NCBI GenBank assembly: GCA_017303715.1
Contig: JAFLBZ010000004.1
Location: 4,887 to 68,886, forward strand
DNA from: Rhodothermia bacterium
Lineage (GTDB): Bacteria; Bacteroidota; Rhodothermia; Rhodothermales; UBA2364
DNA: 64,000 nucleotides
Reading direction: 5' to 3'
Position 1 is the first letter of the stretch, and each line of letters starts with the position of its first letter. Under the pieces are notes generated by a model, which saw nothing but the letters and a program-made list of their open reading frames with translations, made no database searches and had not been told where the DNA came from. The translations under genes were made by a program, and so were the position numbers. Shown one piece after another: positions 42,266 to 51,840 of this stretch.

Positions 42266-43669
42266 ATGAAACGAAGTCTATTTTTTTTGCTTTTTTGCTT
42301 CTCCGCGCAAAGTGCTTTTGCACAAGCCGTTCCAAGAAACGACGTGGCGGAGTTCACTTTTGAGCGCGGTATAGAATTGTACCGACAACAAGAGTACAAT
42401 TTGGCCTACCAACGTTTTTCGCGGGTGATTGCAGATTTTCCGCTCAACCAGAAAACAACAGCAGCCATGTTGATGGGTGCGCGTGCCCTTTATTCACAAG
42501 GCATGTTTAAAGAAGCCACCGAATTGGCCTCGCAGTTGATCAGTAAATACCCCGATAGCCGCTATGTCTCGGATGCGAACCGGCTTAGAAGTCTGGCGGG
42601 CGGGCAAAACAACACCTCGCAACAACCACAAGTCTTCGGCTTAGGAATTGCCTTACCCTTAAAAGCCAGTGATACCTATGTTCGGGCAATGTTTAATGGC
42701 ATCCGAATTGCGGTGGACGATTACAACAACACTCGCCCGCGTGTACCGATTCGAATGGTCTTCCGTGACTCTGGCGGCGATTTGGATCCGGCGCAAATTG
42801 CCGTGACCTCACTGATACGCGACGGCAAGGTGAGCGCCATCATAGGCCCATTGTTCAGCCCCGAAGCCCTGTCCTCTGCTGAGGTAGCCGACCGTTCGCA
42901 GGTGGTAATGATTGCTCCAGTGGCAACCGAAAGCCGAGTTTCCGATGGGAAACGATTTGTTTTTCAAGCAAGTTCTACCTTTGCCATGCGGGGCCAATTG
43001 ATGGCACGGTATGCGGTCTCAGACCTTGGCTACAAAACCTTGGGTGTAGCCTACGAAAGCAATTCCCAAAATGAGCAAACCATCGAGGCATTTACCGCTG
43101 AGGTTAGACGTTTAGGTGGAACTATTGTCTTCAACAAAGCCCTTGCTTCATCGAGCGAATGGTCGCGCTTTGGACGCGCTATCCCAACTACGCAACTTAC
43201 ACAAGCGCAAGCCATTTATATGCCCATCAATGGCCGCGATGCCGCACGAAACATAGAAAGCGCCTTAACTTCGTTGGATCAAGTTCGTGCAACCAATGTG
43301 GTGTTGGGCAATTCCGATTGGCACGACTTGTCCAATGCCGATCTGGCCAGCCGATATCGGGCAGCCTACACCAGCGACTTTTGGGTCAGTCCGAATGATC
43401 CACGTGTGCAAGAATTTGTGCGCAAATACCAAATCACCACCGGACAAATGCCTGATGATTTAGGACTTGCCTATGCGGGCTACGATTTGTCTAACTTCCT
43501 GATCACCCAAGTCCGCAATATGCCAGCGGGTGGTTCGTTGCAGCAGCAAATTCGTAGTGCAATGCCTTTCGATGGCTTAGGGCGTCGCTATGACTTCAGG
43601 AATGGAAACCAAAACCAAGCGGTTTTCTACCTCCGCTACCGCAATGGCCAAATTATTCTGGATCGTTAA
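42266..43669 (+). CDS. Secreted TPR and type-1 periplasmic-binding-fold protein (Peripla_BP_6/LpoA-like)
   Basis: Signal peptide MKRSLFFLLFCFSAQSAFAQ, an N-terminal TPR-like region, then a LivK-like binding-protein pattern. Confidence 0.45.
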   Translation: MKRSLFFLLFCFSAQSAFAQAVPRNDVAEFTFERGIELYRQQEYNLAYQRFSRVIADFPLNQKTTAAMLMGARALYSQGMFKEATELASQLISKYPDSRYVSDANRLRSLAGGQNNTSQQPQVFGLGIALPLKASDTYVRAMFNGIRIAVDDYNNTRPRVPIRMVFRDSGGDLDPAQIAVTSLIRDGKVSAIIGPLFSPEALSSAEVADRSQVVMIAPVATESRVSDGKRFVFQASSTFAMRGQLMARYAVSDLGYKTLGVAYESNSQNEQTIEAFTAEVRRLGGTIVFNKALASSSEWSRFGRAIPTTQLTQAQAIYMPINGRDAARNIESALTSLDQVRATNVVLGNSDWHDLSNADLASRYRAAYTSDFWVSPNDPRVQEFVRKYQITTGQMPDDLGLAYAGYDLSNFLITQVRNMPAGGSLQQQIRSAMPFDGLGRRYDFRNGNQNQAVFYLRYRNGQIILDR

Positions 43670-43751
43670 CCCAATTTTCCCATTTCTTTTGCAATATTGA
43701 GACATACGAAGCGTTCCCTATGGATACGTTCGCCTATAAAAACCAAAAATA

Positions 43752-44561
43752 ATGTATCGTATAATTGGAATTTTCCTCTTCGCCATTGCGCTAAGTTTGG
43801 GCGCTTGTAGTGGCTCCAAGCAAAACAAACAAAAATACCAGACGCCGCAAGAGGCTTTTGAAAAAGGCAAAATGCTCTATGACAAAAAACGCTATAGCGA
43901 TGCCATCGAGTTCTTTAAAGGGGTCTTTGATTTTGGGCGCACCAACGAATGGGCCGATGATGCCCAATATTACCTCGGTCTCAGCTATATGGGCAGCAAA
44001 GACTACATGGTTGCCGAGCAGGAATTTATGCGTTTCATCTCGCTATATCGTGCAGATACCCGCTCCGTGGAGGCCGAATTCCAGCGGCTGGTTTGCTATT
44101 ATAGACTGTCTCCGACCTATGAGTTGGATCAAACCGATACCGACCGTGCCCTGACCAATATGAACATCTTTTTACAAAGATACCCTAACGATGATCGGGT
44201 TTCGCAAATCAATACAATGATTAAGGAATTGCGGGAGAAGTTAGGAAAAAAAGCCTTTGAAGCCGGAAAAACCTATGAGCGCCGCGGATATTACCAAGCC
44301 GCAGCCCATACATTCGAGCAAGTTTTGCAGGGATTTGCCGATACTTCTTGGGCCGATGATGCCCTCTTGGGTGCGATCCGTTCTTATGTCCTTTATGCAA
44401 AAAACAGTGTCGAGACCAAGCAAGCAGAGCGTTACGAGAAAGCCATCGCAACCTATAACCGCTTGGTGGAGTTGTTCCCCAAAAGTGACGTATTAAAATC
44501 GGCAGAAGCGCTTTATACCGAAGCAAGTACATTAAAAACAGCGCTCAAGCCCAAATCTTAG
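43752..44561 (+). CDS. bamD: Outer membrane protein assembly factor BamD (YfiO-like TPR lipoprotein)
   Basis: Lipobox LSLGAC. About 270 aa with TPR-like repeats and BamD-like QYYLGLSY and YYQAA segments. Confidence 0.65.
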   Translation: MYRIIGIFLFAIALSLGACSGSKQNKQKYQTPQEAFEKGKMLYDKKRYSDAIEFFKGVFDFGRTNEWADDAQYYLGLSYMGSKDYMVAEQEFMRFISLYRADTRSVEAEFQRLVCYYRLSPTYELDQTDTDRALTNMNIFLQRYPNDDRVSQINTMIKELREKLGKKAFEAGKTYERRGYYQAAAHTFEQVLQGFADTSWADDALLGAIRSYVLYAKNSVETKQAERYEKAIATYNRLVELFPKSDVLKSAEALYTEASTLKTALKPKS

Positions 44562-44578
44562 TCATAAACCCATTTAGT

Positions 44579-44621
44579 CGAACCTGTAAGGACATTGATC
44601 TCTATAGGTTCGCTTTTGTTT
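44579..44621 (+). terminator. Hairpin plus T-tract after bamD
   Basis: CGAACCT-(20 nt)-AGGTTCG followed by CTTTTGTTT. It lies only 10 nt before the next start, so it may be a partial terminator. Confidence 0.4.
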
Positions 44622-44631
44622 AGGCGATGAT

Positions 44632-45264
44632 ATGGCGTCTTTCTTCCTAAGAGCAGAAGCGTTAGAAATGCGCTTTGGCCGCAGATTACTCTTTAGAAAC
44701 CTGGACTTCGAGGTGGTCTCCGGTGATTTCCTCGCCATTACCGGACAAAACGGGAGCGGAAAATCCACCTTAGTGCGTATTTTGGCGGGCATCCTTGCCC
44801 CCACCGCTGGCCGCGTAACGTTCTCTTACGACAACCAAGAAATTGCCGAACGCCCTTTTCACATGGGCTTAGTCGCACCTTACCTAAACCTCTATGAAGG
44901 ATTTACCTTGCGGGAAAACATGCAGTTTGTGGCACGGGTTCGAGGGCTTCGTTTCTCAAAATCAGAAGAGGACGCACGCATCGAGGAAGTACAACTAAAA
45001 GGGCGTGGAGATGAATTGGTGGGCAATTACTCATCGGGTATGAAACAACGTGCCCGATTTGGCTTGGCCCTTATGACCAATCCTTCTGTACTCATTCTCG
45101 ACGAACCTACCGCCAATTTAGACGCAGCGGGAAAAGCCTTTGTTTGGGAAACTGTGCAGCAGGCAAAGTCCGCTGGTAAAATTATTCTGGTGGCAACCAA
45201 TGAGGGAGAAGAAGCAGGGCGGGCGGATCGAATGATTAGAGTTGAGCGCCCAAACACAACTTAG
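44632..45264 (+). CDS. ABC transporter ATP-binding protein (short, about 210 aa)
   Basis: Walker A GQNGSGKST, signature YSSGMKQR, Walker B LILDEPTANLD. Confidence 0.85.
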   Translation: MASFFLRAEALEMRFGRRLLFRNLDFEVVSGDFLAITGQNGSGKSTLVRILAGILAPTAGRVTFSYDNQEIAERPFHMGLVAPYLNLYEGFTLRENMQFVARVRGLRFSKSEEDARIEEVQLKGRGDELVGNYSSGMKQRARFGLALMTNPSVLILDEPTANLDAAGKAFVWETVQQAKSAGKIILVATNEGEEAGRADRMIRVERPNTT

Positions 45265-45331
45265 ACGGGTCTTGTTGCTTAATGCACCTTATAAACGCTT
45301 CGCTTGCAGGCGAAAATATTTGAATAATGCT

Positions 45332-45838
45332 ATGATTTTTAATGCCTTACCTTCAGATTCAAAAATCTGGATTTACATCGCAGACCGCAATCTAACCCCA
45401 ACGCTTCAAGAAACTGTTTTACAAACCCTTGGTTCATTTTTCAAAACGTGGAAGTCTCATGGTCGCGTGGTTCATGGCGCAGCACGGTTCTGGGACGATC
45501 GGTTTTTGTGTGTAGGCGCTTACGTGGATCAAGGCGAAATTTCGGGCTGTGGTATAGATGACTCCGTACATAAAATTGCCCCAATGGCACAATCACTTGG
45601 TTTTGCGTGGGACTCGCCGTTGATGGTTCTTTTCCGCAATGCCGAAAACCACATTCAGGCCGTACCTCGTATCGTATTCCGCAAGATGGTGCAAGAGCAG
45701 AAAGTTGGGCCAGAGACCATTGTTTTTAATACGGGGGTTACAACCGTTGGCGAATTATTGGGTGGCGCATTTGAGCTTCCGCTAAAGGATTCTTGGCACG
45801 CACGTATTTTCCGATTGCCCGCTATAGTGGACGGATAA
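45332..45838 (+). CDS. Conserved hypothetical protein
   Basis: 168 aa from MIFNALPSD, with an ISGCGIDDS motif. It resembles a Bacteroidota family of unknown function as I recall it. Confidence 0.45.
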   Translation: MIFNALPSDSKIWIYIADRNLTPTLQETVLQTLGSFFKTWKSHGRVVHGAARFWDDRFLCVGAYVDQGEISGCGIDDSVHKIAPMAQSLGFAWDSPLMVLFRNAENHIQAVPRIVFRKMVQEQKVGPETIVFNTGVTTVGELLGGAFELPLKDSWHARIFRLPAIVDG

Positions 45839-45926
45839 ATGGCTCGTATCACCTCTTAATAAAAAATCCCCTCGTCAACAAACGAAAGGATAAAGCAGGT
45901 GGCTTTCCTACTGGTTGTGCCAACAT

Positions 45927-46035
45927 CCGTTAACGTTTTCGGTTTAAGAATCCGTTAACGTTTTCGGTTTAAGAACCCGTTAACGTTTTCGGTTTAAGAA
46001 CCCGTTAACGTTTTCGGTTTAAGAACCCGTTAACG
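45927..46035. repeat. 25-bp tandem repeat, 4 full units and a 9-nt partial unit
   Basis: Units start at 45927, 45952, 45977, 46002 and 46027. Units 2-4 are identical (ccgttaacgttttcggtttaagaac) and unit 1 differs at its last base. Each unit contains the palindrome CGTTAACG. Confidence 0.95.
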
Positions 46036-46199
46036 ATGCCCAGCACAACAAAAACAACCAGCAACAAGACCAACATTCGGAGGCTCATGCCGAGTAAGGT
46101 TTGTGCAATGTCCACGACCACCCCAAGAAGTGAAAAGGCAGACATGAGTACGATCGCAATCATGAGCAAGCGGAGAATATGTTGTAAACTTGTTTTCAT
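46005..46199 (-). CDS. 64-aa two-TM membrane protein
   Basis: MKTSLQHIL... starts 5 nt after the stop of the Kelch gene. It has two hydrophobic helices. The last 10 codons and the stop lie inside the tandem repeat. Confidence 0.45.
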   Translation of the reverse strand: MKTSLQHILRLLMIAIVLMSAFSLLGVVVDIAQTLLGMSLRMLVLLLVVFVVLGIVNGFLNRKR

Positions 46200-46203
46200 G
46201 TAT

Positions 46204-47553
46204 TTAGAAAGTCCAATAGTGCGTAGTTGAAAGAGCATTACCATTTTGGTCAAATCCTCCTACAACCAGTATTCGTCCATTTGTCCAATTTGTTGCAGTG
46301 TGCCCAAACCTTCTTTCTGGCAGACTGACCGCTTCACCGAAGTGGTACATCTTTTGGGAAACGGGGGCATATGCCTCTAAGGTTCGGAGCGCACCATCGG
46401 GCGCATTTAACACGCCGCCCATGAAAATAACAATATTATTGGATAAAATACTACTGCTATGTCGGATTCTTGGTGATTTAAAGGCGGCCATATTCACTTT
46501 GGTCAGTGTTGTCCCACGTTGGTATAGCCGGAAATTGGCCGAAGTAGGGGCGGAGGTTCCAGAGAATTGAGCGCCTGTTACCAAGAAACGCTGCTCATTT
46601 GGATTATTGAGTGTGAGGTAACGCAATAGGCTTGGCCCTTCTATGGGTTGAAAGATAAAGCCAAACGTAGGGCCAGCAGCCAATAAAGAGTCGTTACGGA
46701 ACCTGAAAACACGCATATCTTGTCTGGTTCCTAATGTTGGCGAGGTGCCATAACGAATATCACCGCGTCCTCCAAACAGATAGATCAGCAACTCCTTTGG
46801 CTTAAGCGGATCCGGCAAGGCATAGGCGGCATGGTGTGTCCTCCGAATGGGGTCGTTGTAGCCTATGGGAACACGGGTAAAAATCTCTAATTCAGGGTCA
46901 TACGCTTCCACGGTTTCAACCAAGTCGTTGATGCTCGTAGGGTTGTTCATTGTACTTCCGCCCAAAATCAGCGCACGCCCATCTGGCAATACAATCGTAC
47001 TGTGGCCTGTTCGGGCAGCAACCATTTTGCCTCGTGTGCGGTGAGGCGTCTCATTTTTGGGATCAATCACAAAAGCTTCATCGGTTGCCTGAGCCAGAAA
47101 GTGCTTAGATCCGCCAGAAATAAGCAACAATCCGGTAGGAAACAAGGTGGCAGCGTGCCCTCCAATCGGATAGGGCAAGAAAAGACTTTCCTTCACAAGA
47201 CGTGGAAATAGCCGTAGAATTTGGAGCGTATCCCTTGCGACCAAGCCATCAACATCTGTTGCGGCAATCACGACCGTATTAACACCCGATTTTAGACTAA
47301 CCTCGCCTTCCCATCGCCCATTCGCGGAATTGAACTTCACCTCGTCGCCACGAACGGTGACACGTTCAATGTCTCGAAAAGACGTGGCTTGAACCGAAAC
47401 AAAAAGGGTGTAGTCATCAACCACTTGTTCTGGGTTATCGGGTAAAACCACCTTAATTCCCGGAACGGTAGGCTCAATAAATTCCCGTTCGCAACCCGTT
47501 AAAACCAAGATTAACACCCAAAATAGGGATACAAAAGTACGTTTATAAACCAT
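46204..47553 (-). CDS. Kelch-repeat beta-propeller lipoprotein with an N-terminal Ig-like domain
   Basis: Lipobox LVLTGCE. Recurrent Kelch GG motifs (LISGGS, LILGGS, YLFGGRG, IFMGGV, LVVGGF). Confidence 0.6.
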   Translation of the reverse strand: MVYKRTFVSLFWVLILVLTGCEREFIEPTVPGIKVVLPDNPEQVVDDYTLFVSVQATSFRDIERVTVRGDEVKFNSANGRWEGEVSLKSGVNTVVIAATDVDGLVARDTLQILRLFPRLVKESLFLPYPIGGHAATLFPTGLLLISGGSKHFLAQATDEAFVIDPKNETPHRTRGKMVAARTGHSTIVLPDGRALILGGSTMNNPTSINDLVETVEAYDPELEIFTRVPIGYNDPIRRTHHAAYALPDPLKPKELLIYLFGGRGDIRYGTSPTLGTRQDMRVFRFRNDSLLAAGPTFGFIFQPIEGPSLLRYLTLNNPNEQRFLVTGAQFSGTSAPTSANFRLYQRGTTLTKVNMAAFKSPRIRHSSSILSNNIVIFMGGVLNAPDGALRTLEAYAPVSQKMYHFGEAVSLPERRFGHTATNWTNGRILVVGGFDQNGNALSTTHYWTF

Positions 47554-47570
47554 TTTTATCTCATCAAAGG

Positions 47571-48311
47571 TTAATATCGCACATATTCCAAGACCAAACC
47601 ATGCGCGGGTGCTGCATATCCCGCCCTCCTCCGATCTTGTGCCTCAAGGATTGTGTTGAGGTCTTCAGGTTTCCGTTTGCCCTGTCCCACCTCCACGAGT
47701 GTCCCGACCAAAGCGCGTACCATTCCATGCAGAAAACGGTTGGCGGCAACCTCGAAGCGATAGCATCCGTAAATATCCTCTACAATCCACACGGCACGGA
47801 AAAGGTTGCAAACCCTGTTTTGGGTTTCGGACTGTGTTAGGCAGAACGAGCCGAAATGGTGTTCTCCTATCAAGTACCTTGCCGCCTCATTCATCTTCAT
47901 CACATCGGGTTCTGGACGCACCAACCAACGAAATCTACGCTCAAGTGTAAATGGTTCGGTCGCTATCCGATAACAATACCCGCGTTCTAAGGCATCAAAT
48001 CGGGCATGGAAGCCATTAGGGACCTCCTCTACCCCTCTAACCGCAATCGTGTCAGGCAATAAACCATTCAACGATCTTTTTAGTCGAAACGGATCCATAG
48101 ACTGAGCAGCTACAAAGTGTGCAACTTGTCCACGGGCATGTACGCCAGCATCTGTTCTTCCAGAACCTACCAAACGCAAGGGTTGTTTGAACAAGACACC
48201 CAACGCTTGCTCGATGGTCGCCTGTACTGTAACACGGTTTTCTTGTATCTGCCATCCGGCAAAAGACGATCCGTCATATTCTATCAATAAACGATATGTG
48301 TACATGGGCAA
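47571..48311 (-). CDS. truA: tRNA pseudouridine(38-40) synthase
   Basis: IEYDGSSFAGWQ, and the catalytic-Asp motif GSGRTDAGVHA. 246 aa. Confidence 0.9.
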   Translation of the reverse strand: MPMYTYRLLIEYDGSSFAGWQIQENRVTVQATIEQALGVLFKQPLRLVGSGRTDAGVHARGQVAHFVAAQSMDPFRLKRSLNGLLPDTIAVRGVEEVPNGFHARFDALERGYCYRIATEPFTLERRFRWLVRPEPDVMKMNEAARYLIGEHHFGSFCLTQSETQNRVCNLFRAVWIVEDIYGCYRFEVAANRFLHGMVRALVGTLVEVGQGKRKPEDLNTILEAQDRRRAGYAAPAHGLVLEYVRY

Positions 48312-48448
48312 GCAAATAAAGGCTGTAAAAGGTATCTAAAGATGGGGTTTTGGTCTTATGGTTGGGGTGAGTGGTTTTATAGTGCTTGCAAAGCGGCGGG
48401 ATAAAACACTACTTTGCGAAAAACTAAGGTCTAAAGTTAAGGACATTC

Positions 48449-49009
48449 ATGCCCGAACGGATTTACTTAACAGGATTTATGGGGTGTGGAAAAAGCACCA
48501 TTGGCGCCATTCTCTCGAATGTGCTTGGTTATCAGTATTTGGACTTAGACGCTGAGATCGAATCAGAGATCACCATGGCGATTCCAAGTTTTTTTTCACA
48601 GTTTGGGGAGGCCGCTTTTCGGGCGGTAGAAACTGAGGTCTTGGCGCAGACCTTCGACCTCCAAAACGTGGTCATCAGTCTTGGCGGCGGGGCCTTGGTC
48701 CAACCAGAGAACCTACGCCAAACGCTACGGCATGGCTTGGTGGTCTATCTGGCCCTCTCCGCCGAGGAACTCACCGACCGCCTCCGGTACAGCACAAATC
48801 GCCCACTTTTGTTGGACGAAAATGGCAAGACGGTCTCGCCTTCGGTTCTATTTGAACGCATTTCGAGGATTATGGCTGTCCGCAAACCATTCTACGAACA
48901 AGCACACATTCACGTTAGTCTAACCCGCCAAACCGTTGGCGAATCCGTAGATGCTGTCGCCAAAGCCATTTATCAATACCTTAAAGACCTCAAAAATAAG
49001 AGGGCCTAA
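48449..49009 (+). CDS. aroK: Shikimate kinase
   Basis: IYLTGFMGCGKSTIG, DLD, and GGGA with the LID region. 186 aa. Confidence 0.85.
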   Translation: MPERIYLTGFMGCGKSTIGAILSNVLGYQYLDLDAEIESEITMAIPSFFSQFGEAAFRAVETEVLAQTFDLQNVVISLGGGALVQPENLRQTLRHGLVVYLALSAEELTDRLRYSTNRPLLLDENGKTVSPSVLFERISRIMAVRKPFYEQAHIHVSLTRQTVGESVDAVAKAIYQYLKDLKNKRA

Positions 49010-49041
49010 AACGTTAAATTTATTCAACAAACATAAACAAA

Positions 49042-50946
49042 ATGAAAGCCTTTACCAAGTCCACCTTCACTTTAGGATGGCTATTAACCGAGTTGATTTT
49101 TGCCTCAGCCCTTTCTGCCCAACCTATTAATGTGGCTTGGGTAAAGGCCCAATATCAAAAATACGAATACCAAATTCCAATGCGGGATGGCGTAAAGTTA
49201 TTTACCATTGTTTATGTCCCAAAAGATGCTTCGGAAAACCAGTTGTATCCGGTTGTTTTAAACCGCACATGCTATTCTATTGCGCCCTATGGCCCAAACA
49301 ATTATGCGACAAAGCCCGGCCCATCGGATACGATGACGCGGGAGAAATACATTTTTGTTAACCAAGATGTACGGGGACGCTATAAGTCGGAAGGCATTTG
49401 GGAAAATGTACGCCCTTTTAATCCCCATAAAAAAGGCTCCGAAACCGACGAAGCCTCCGATACCTTCGACACCATAGACTGGGTCATCAAGAATGTACCC
49501 CACAACAATGGAAAAGTAGGACAATGGGGCATTTCCTATCCGGGGTTTTATACCACAATGGGCGCATTATCAGGCCATCCGGCCTTAGTAGCCGCAAGCC
49601 CGCAAGCACCCGTGACAGATTTTTACTTCGAGGACTTTCATCACAATGGGGCTTTAACGCAAGGTTATTTTTATACCTATCCGCTTTTTGGCATCCAAAC
49701 CGGTGGCCCTACCGAGAAGCATTGGTGGCTTTCTTCGATGGTGCAAGAAGGTGTTCCAGATGATTATGCGTTTCAGTTGTCCCTTGGCCCGCTTAAGAAC
49801 ACCACCGAACGATATTACAAAAACAACGAATTTTGGAACCAAATCATCACCCACCCAGATTATGATGCATTTTGGCAAGCAAGAGGCGTTAAACAACACC
49901 TCAAGAACATCAAACCAGCCCTGATGACCGTCGGCGGATGGTTCGATGCAGAAGATTTATATGGCCCGCTTACCGTTTATAAAACCATAGAAAAAAACAA
50001 TCCGAATACATATAATACACTTGTAATGGGTCCTTTTGCACATGGTCAGTGGAATTGGGATACCCAAAAGCACACCCTTCACGGCGATCATTATTTTGGC
50101 GATAGCCTCGCGGTTTTCTACCAAAAAAACATGGAAGCACCTTTCTTCAAGCACTTCCTTAAAGGCACGGGAGATGGTAAAACTGGTTTACCAGACGCAT
50201 ATTTATTCGATACAGGACGACATTCATGGGAAAAATTTGACCAATGGCCCCAACCAAGTGCCAAAAAAGTCCGCTTTTTCTTGGACGAAACGGGCAAATT
50301 AACCGAGAAAAAAACCGCCAAAAAAACCGCCTCCAGTTTTATTTCCGATCCTCAAAAACCCGTACCTTCTCGCTGCTTGGTTCCGACGATAGAGGGCCTG
50401 ACGATGATGCAGTACATGTCCGACGACCAGAGATGCTTTTCTACCCGATCGGATGTTTTGACCTTCAAAAGTGAGATATTGGAAGAGGATGTGACGCTCG
50501 GTGGTGAAATTTTGGCACATCTCAACATTGCCACGACGGGTACAGATGCCGATTTTGTGGTGAAACTCATTGATGTCTTCCCGCCTAAAGCAAAAAACCA
50601 TGCCCATATGCCAAATAAAAATATCCACTTGGCAGGCTACCAAATGATGGTACGAAGTGAAATTATGCGTGGTCGCTACCGCAAAGGGTTCGACAAACCA
50701 CAACCCATTCCATCCAATACAGAAACCCTGATTCAGTTTCCCTTGCAGGATGTCTTGCATACGTTTAAAAAAGGCCACCGCATCATGATCCAAGTACAAA
50801 GTACCATGTTCCCCCTTTTCGACCGTAATCCCCAGAAATATGTACCGAATATTTATTTTGCTGACGAAAAAGATTTTATCCGTTCAACACATAAGGTCTT
50901 TAATAACAGTTATATAGAGGTTCAAGTTCTAAGCCAAAAACCTTGA
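49042..50946 (+). CDS. CocE/NonD-family hydrolase (S15 X-Pro dipeptidyl-peptidase-like)
   Basis: Signal peptide, nucleophile elbow GISYPG, and a C-terminal jelly-roll region of the expected length. 634 aa. Confidence 0.75.
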   Translation: MKAFTKSTFTLGWLLTELIFASALSAQPINVAWVKAQYQKYEYQIPMRDGVKLFTIVYVPKDASENQLYPVVLNRTCYSIAPYGPNNYATKPGPSDTMTREKYIFVNQDVRGRYKSEGIWENVRPFNPHKKGSETDEASDTFDTIDWVIKNVPHNNGKVGQWGISYPGFYTTMGALSGHPALVAASPQAPVTDFYFEDFHHNGALTQGYFYTYPLFGIQTGGPTEKHWWLSSMVQEGVPDDYAFQLSLGPLKNTTERYYKNNEFWNQIITHPDYDAFWQARGVKQHLKNIKPALMTVGGWFDAEDLYGPLTVYKTIEKNNPNTYNTLVMGPFAHGQWNWDTQKHTLHGDHYFGDSLAVFYQKNMEAPFFKHFLKGTGDGKTGLPDAYLFDTGRHSWEKFDQWPQPSAKKVRFFLDETGKLTEKKTAKKTASSFISDPQKPVPSRCLVPTIEGLTMMQYMSDDQRCFSTRSDVLTFKSEILEEDVTLGGEILAHLNIATTGTDADFVVKLIDVFPPKAKNHAHMPNKNIHLAGYQMMVRSEIMRGRYRKGFDKPQPIPSNTETLIQFPLQDVLHTFKKGHRIMIQVQSTMFPLFDRNPQKYVPNIYFADEKDFIRSTHKVFNNSYIEVQVLSQKP

Positions 50947-50970
50947 ACAATAAAAATTGAACAAAGCGAT

Positions 50971-51750
50971 ATGTTAATAGATACCCATGCCCATATTTAT
51001 CTGCCGCAGTTCGATGAAGACCGCGAAGCGATGATCCATCGGGCATTTGAAGCAGGCGTTACCCGCATCATGATGCCTGCCATAGACGTGAACAGCATTG
51101 TTTCCGCACTTACGTTGGCTGACCAGTACGAAGGACTTTTTGTGATGAGTGCAATCCACCCTTCGGATGTTAAAGAGGCCACAGATGCCGATTTTGAGCA
51201 AATTGTGGCTTTTTGTAGCCATCCCAAAGTGGTGGCCGTCGGGGAAAGCGGCCTCGATTATTATTGGGATCGCACCTTCGACGAGAAGCAACAGGACTTC
51301 TTCCGGCGGCACATTCGCCTGGCCATAGATCAAAATTTGCCGCTCGTCATTCACAACCGAGAAGCCTCGGAGGATGTTGTACGGTTGTTGCAAGAGGAAA
51401 AAGCGGCACATCCGAACGGCGATGCACTCCGAGGTATCTTCCATTGCTTTAGCGGCCCCGAATGGCTCGCCGGTGCGGCATTGGAATTGGGTTTTCATTT
51501 GGGTCTGGGCGGCGTATTGACGTACAAAAAGAGTAGCGTTCCGCAAGACATCGCCCAAATCCCCCTTGATCGTTTGGTTTTAGAGACGGATGCGCCATTT
51601 TTAGCACCACACCCCCGTCGTGGTAAACGTAACGAACCCGCTTTTGTGCCTTGGATCGCCGAGAAATTGGCCGAGGTTAAAGGGCTAACGTTCGATGAAG
51701 TGGCGCGGGTCACCACCCAAAACGCTGTGAAGTTATTTGGTATTGATTAA
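50971..51750 (+). CDS. tatD: TatD-family metal-dependent hydrolase
   Basis: N-terminal IDTHAHI, GEAGLD-like GESGLDYY, HCFSG, and ETDAPFL. Confidence 0.85.
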   Translation: MLIDTHAHIYLPQFDEDREAMIHRAFEAGVTRIMMPAIDVNSIVSALTLADQYEGLFVMSAIHPSDVKEATDADFEQIVAFCSHPKVVAVGESGLDYYWDRTFDEKQQDFFRRHIRLAIDQNLPLVIHNREASEDVVRLLQEEKAAHPNGDALRGIFHCFSGPEWLAGAALELGFHLGLGGVLTYKKSSVPQDIAQIPLDRLVLETDAPFLAPHPRRGKRNEPAFVPWIAEKLAEVKGLTFDEVARVTTQNAVKLFGID

Positions 51751-51758
51751 GATTTGAG

Positions 51759-51781
51759 GGCTCCCCAAGAGCCGTTTTTTC
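51759..51781 (+). terminator. Rho-independent terminator after tatD
   Basis: GGCTC-cccaa-GAGCC followed by GTTTTTTC. Confidence 0.55.
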
Positions 51782-51840
51782 TCATAAACCGTTCTATATC
51801 TTTTCATCCACCAAAGTTCCAAAGTACAAGGTAAACTGCA

